Shown here: positions 62,690 to 64,000 of the stretch, piece by piece | Numbering within the stretch: position 1 is the stretch's first letter | Layout of the letters: each line of letters starts with the position of its first letter | Origin: Mobula hypostoma | Taxonomy: Eukaryota | DNA length: 64,000 bases | Assembly: GCF_963921235.1 (NCBI RefSeq) | Contig: NC_086108.1 | Span: 104,038,001-104,102,000, forward strand | Reading direction: 5' to 3' | Program-made: the position numbers and the translations under genes | The notes under the pieces: model-generated | Database searches by the model: none | Told to the model about the DNA's origin: nothing | Seen by the model: only the letters and a program-made list of their open reading frames with translations

Positions 62690-64000
62690 TTTGTATGTTA
62701 CAATAGGTAGCCATGGGCACCTCCATGGGTCCCAGCTATGCCAGCCTGTTTATCGGCTATGTGGAGCAGTCTATGTTCCAAGCTTACACTGGTGACCGTC
62801 CCGCACTTCTCCTATGATACACCGATGACTGTATTGGTGCTGCTTCCTGCGTCCGTGCTGAACTTGTCAACTTCATCCACTTTGCCTCCAACTTCCACCC
62901 TGCCCTCAAATTCACCTGGTCCATTTCCGACACCTCCCATCCCTTTCTTGATCTCACTGTCTCTATCTCCAGAGACAGCTTATCCACCGATGTTTATTAC
63001 AAACCCATGGACTCTCACTGCTACCTGGACTACACCTTGTCCCTCCCTACTACTGTAAAAATGCCATCCCCTTTTCCCAATTCCCCCACCTCCATTGCAT
63101 CTGCTCTCAGGATGAGACTTTTCATTCTAGAATGAAGGAGGCGTTCTCTTTTTTCAAAGAAAGGGGCTTCCCTTCCTCCTCCATCAATGCTGCCCTCAAC
63201 CACATTTCCTCTATTTCACGCACATCTGCTCTTACCCCATCCTCCTGCCATGTTACCAGGGATAGGGTTCCTCTCATCCTCACCTACCACCCCACCAGCC
63301 TTCACGTCAAGCGCAGAATTCTCCAAAACTTCCGCCACCTCCAACAGGATCCCACCACCAAGCACATCTTTCCCTCCTCCCCCACTGACTGCTTTCCACA
63401 GGGATTGGCCTCTTGTCCATTCATCCCTCCCCACTGATCTTCCTCCTGGCACTTATCCTTGCAAGCAGAACAAGTGCTACACTTGCCCCTACCCCTCCTA
63501 CCTCACTACCATTCAGGGCTCTAAACAGTCCTCCCAGGTGAGGCGACACTTCACCTGTGAGTCTGTTGGGATCATTTACTGTGTTTGGTGTTCCCGGTGT
63601 GGCCGCCTGTACATTGGTGAGACACGAAGTAGATTGGGCAACTGCTTCGCCAAGCTTCTATGCTCCGTTTGTCAGAACAAATGGGATTTTCCAGTGGCCA
63701 CCCATTTTAATTCCACTTCCCATTCTCATTCCAATATGTCCATCCACGGCCTCCTCCACTGTCGTGTTGAGGCCACACTTAGGTTGGAGGAACAACACCT
63801 TATATTCCGTCTGGGTAGCCTCCAACCTGATGGCATGAACATATATTTCTCAAACTTCCAGCAATGCCCCACAATTACGCCCCTCCCCACTTCACTATTT
63901 CCCATTTCCTTCTCCCTATCTCACCTTATTTCCTTGACGGCCCATCACCTCCCTCTGATGCTCCTCCCCACTTTTCTTTCTTCCATGGCCTTCTCTCTCT
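62690..64000 (+). mobile_element. Penelope-like element RT + GIY-YIG, disrupted, runs off window end
   Basis: VAMGTSMGPSYASLFIGYVE, YTDDCIG (YxDD remnant), PFLDL, GIIYCVWCSRCGRLYIGET, LEEQHLIFRLGSLQPDGMN. Confidence 0.88.

Noticed and set aside
13200..64000. Exons of GIPC2, the downstream neighbour of DNAJB4 in human
   Set aside because: No GIPC-like peptide recognised in the ORF track or unique islands; short exons could have been missed.
1..64000. CRISPR array, prophage or prokaryotic defence system
   Set aside because: Spliceosomal gene and vertebrate TEs throughout; no regularly spaced repeat-spacer array or operon-like ORFs.

Overview
Vertebrate nuclear DNA. The repeat repertoire (V-SINE/HE1-like SINEs, very abundant CR1, Rex1/Babar and Penelope pLTR fragments) suggests a cartilaginous fish, probably a ray; this is an inference. 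The only host gene I can support is an intact three-exon DNAJB4 (Hsp40) on the + strand: CDS join 978..1188, 3782..4362, 11147..11380, 341 aa. It has a CpG-rich TATA/GC-box/heat-shock-element promoter and a candidate distal poly(A) signal at 13143. The remaining ~50 kb is decayed, often nested transposons: CR1, RTE, Rex1/Babar, Tx1 and Penelope retroelements, plus hAT, Tc1 and Harbinger DNA elements. Notable features invisible to the ORF track are minimal hammerhead-ribozyme motifs in the Penelope pLTRs (including a sense-strand cluster in DNAJB4 intron 2), a 538-bp non-autonomous Helitron, a 565-bp solo LTR with a 4-bp TSD, and 3-4-layer insertion stacks with readable TSDs. I found no convincing novel protein-coding system; most ORF-track entries are TE remnants or antisense noise. 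Repeat boundaries without stated TSDs are approximate.
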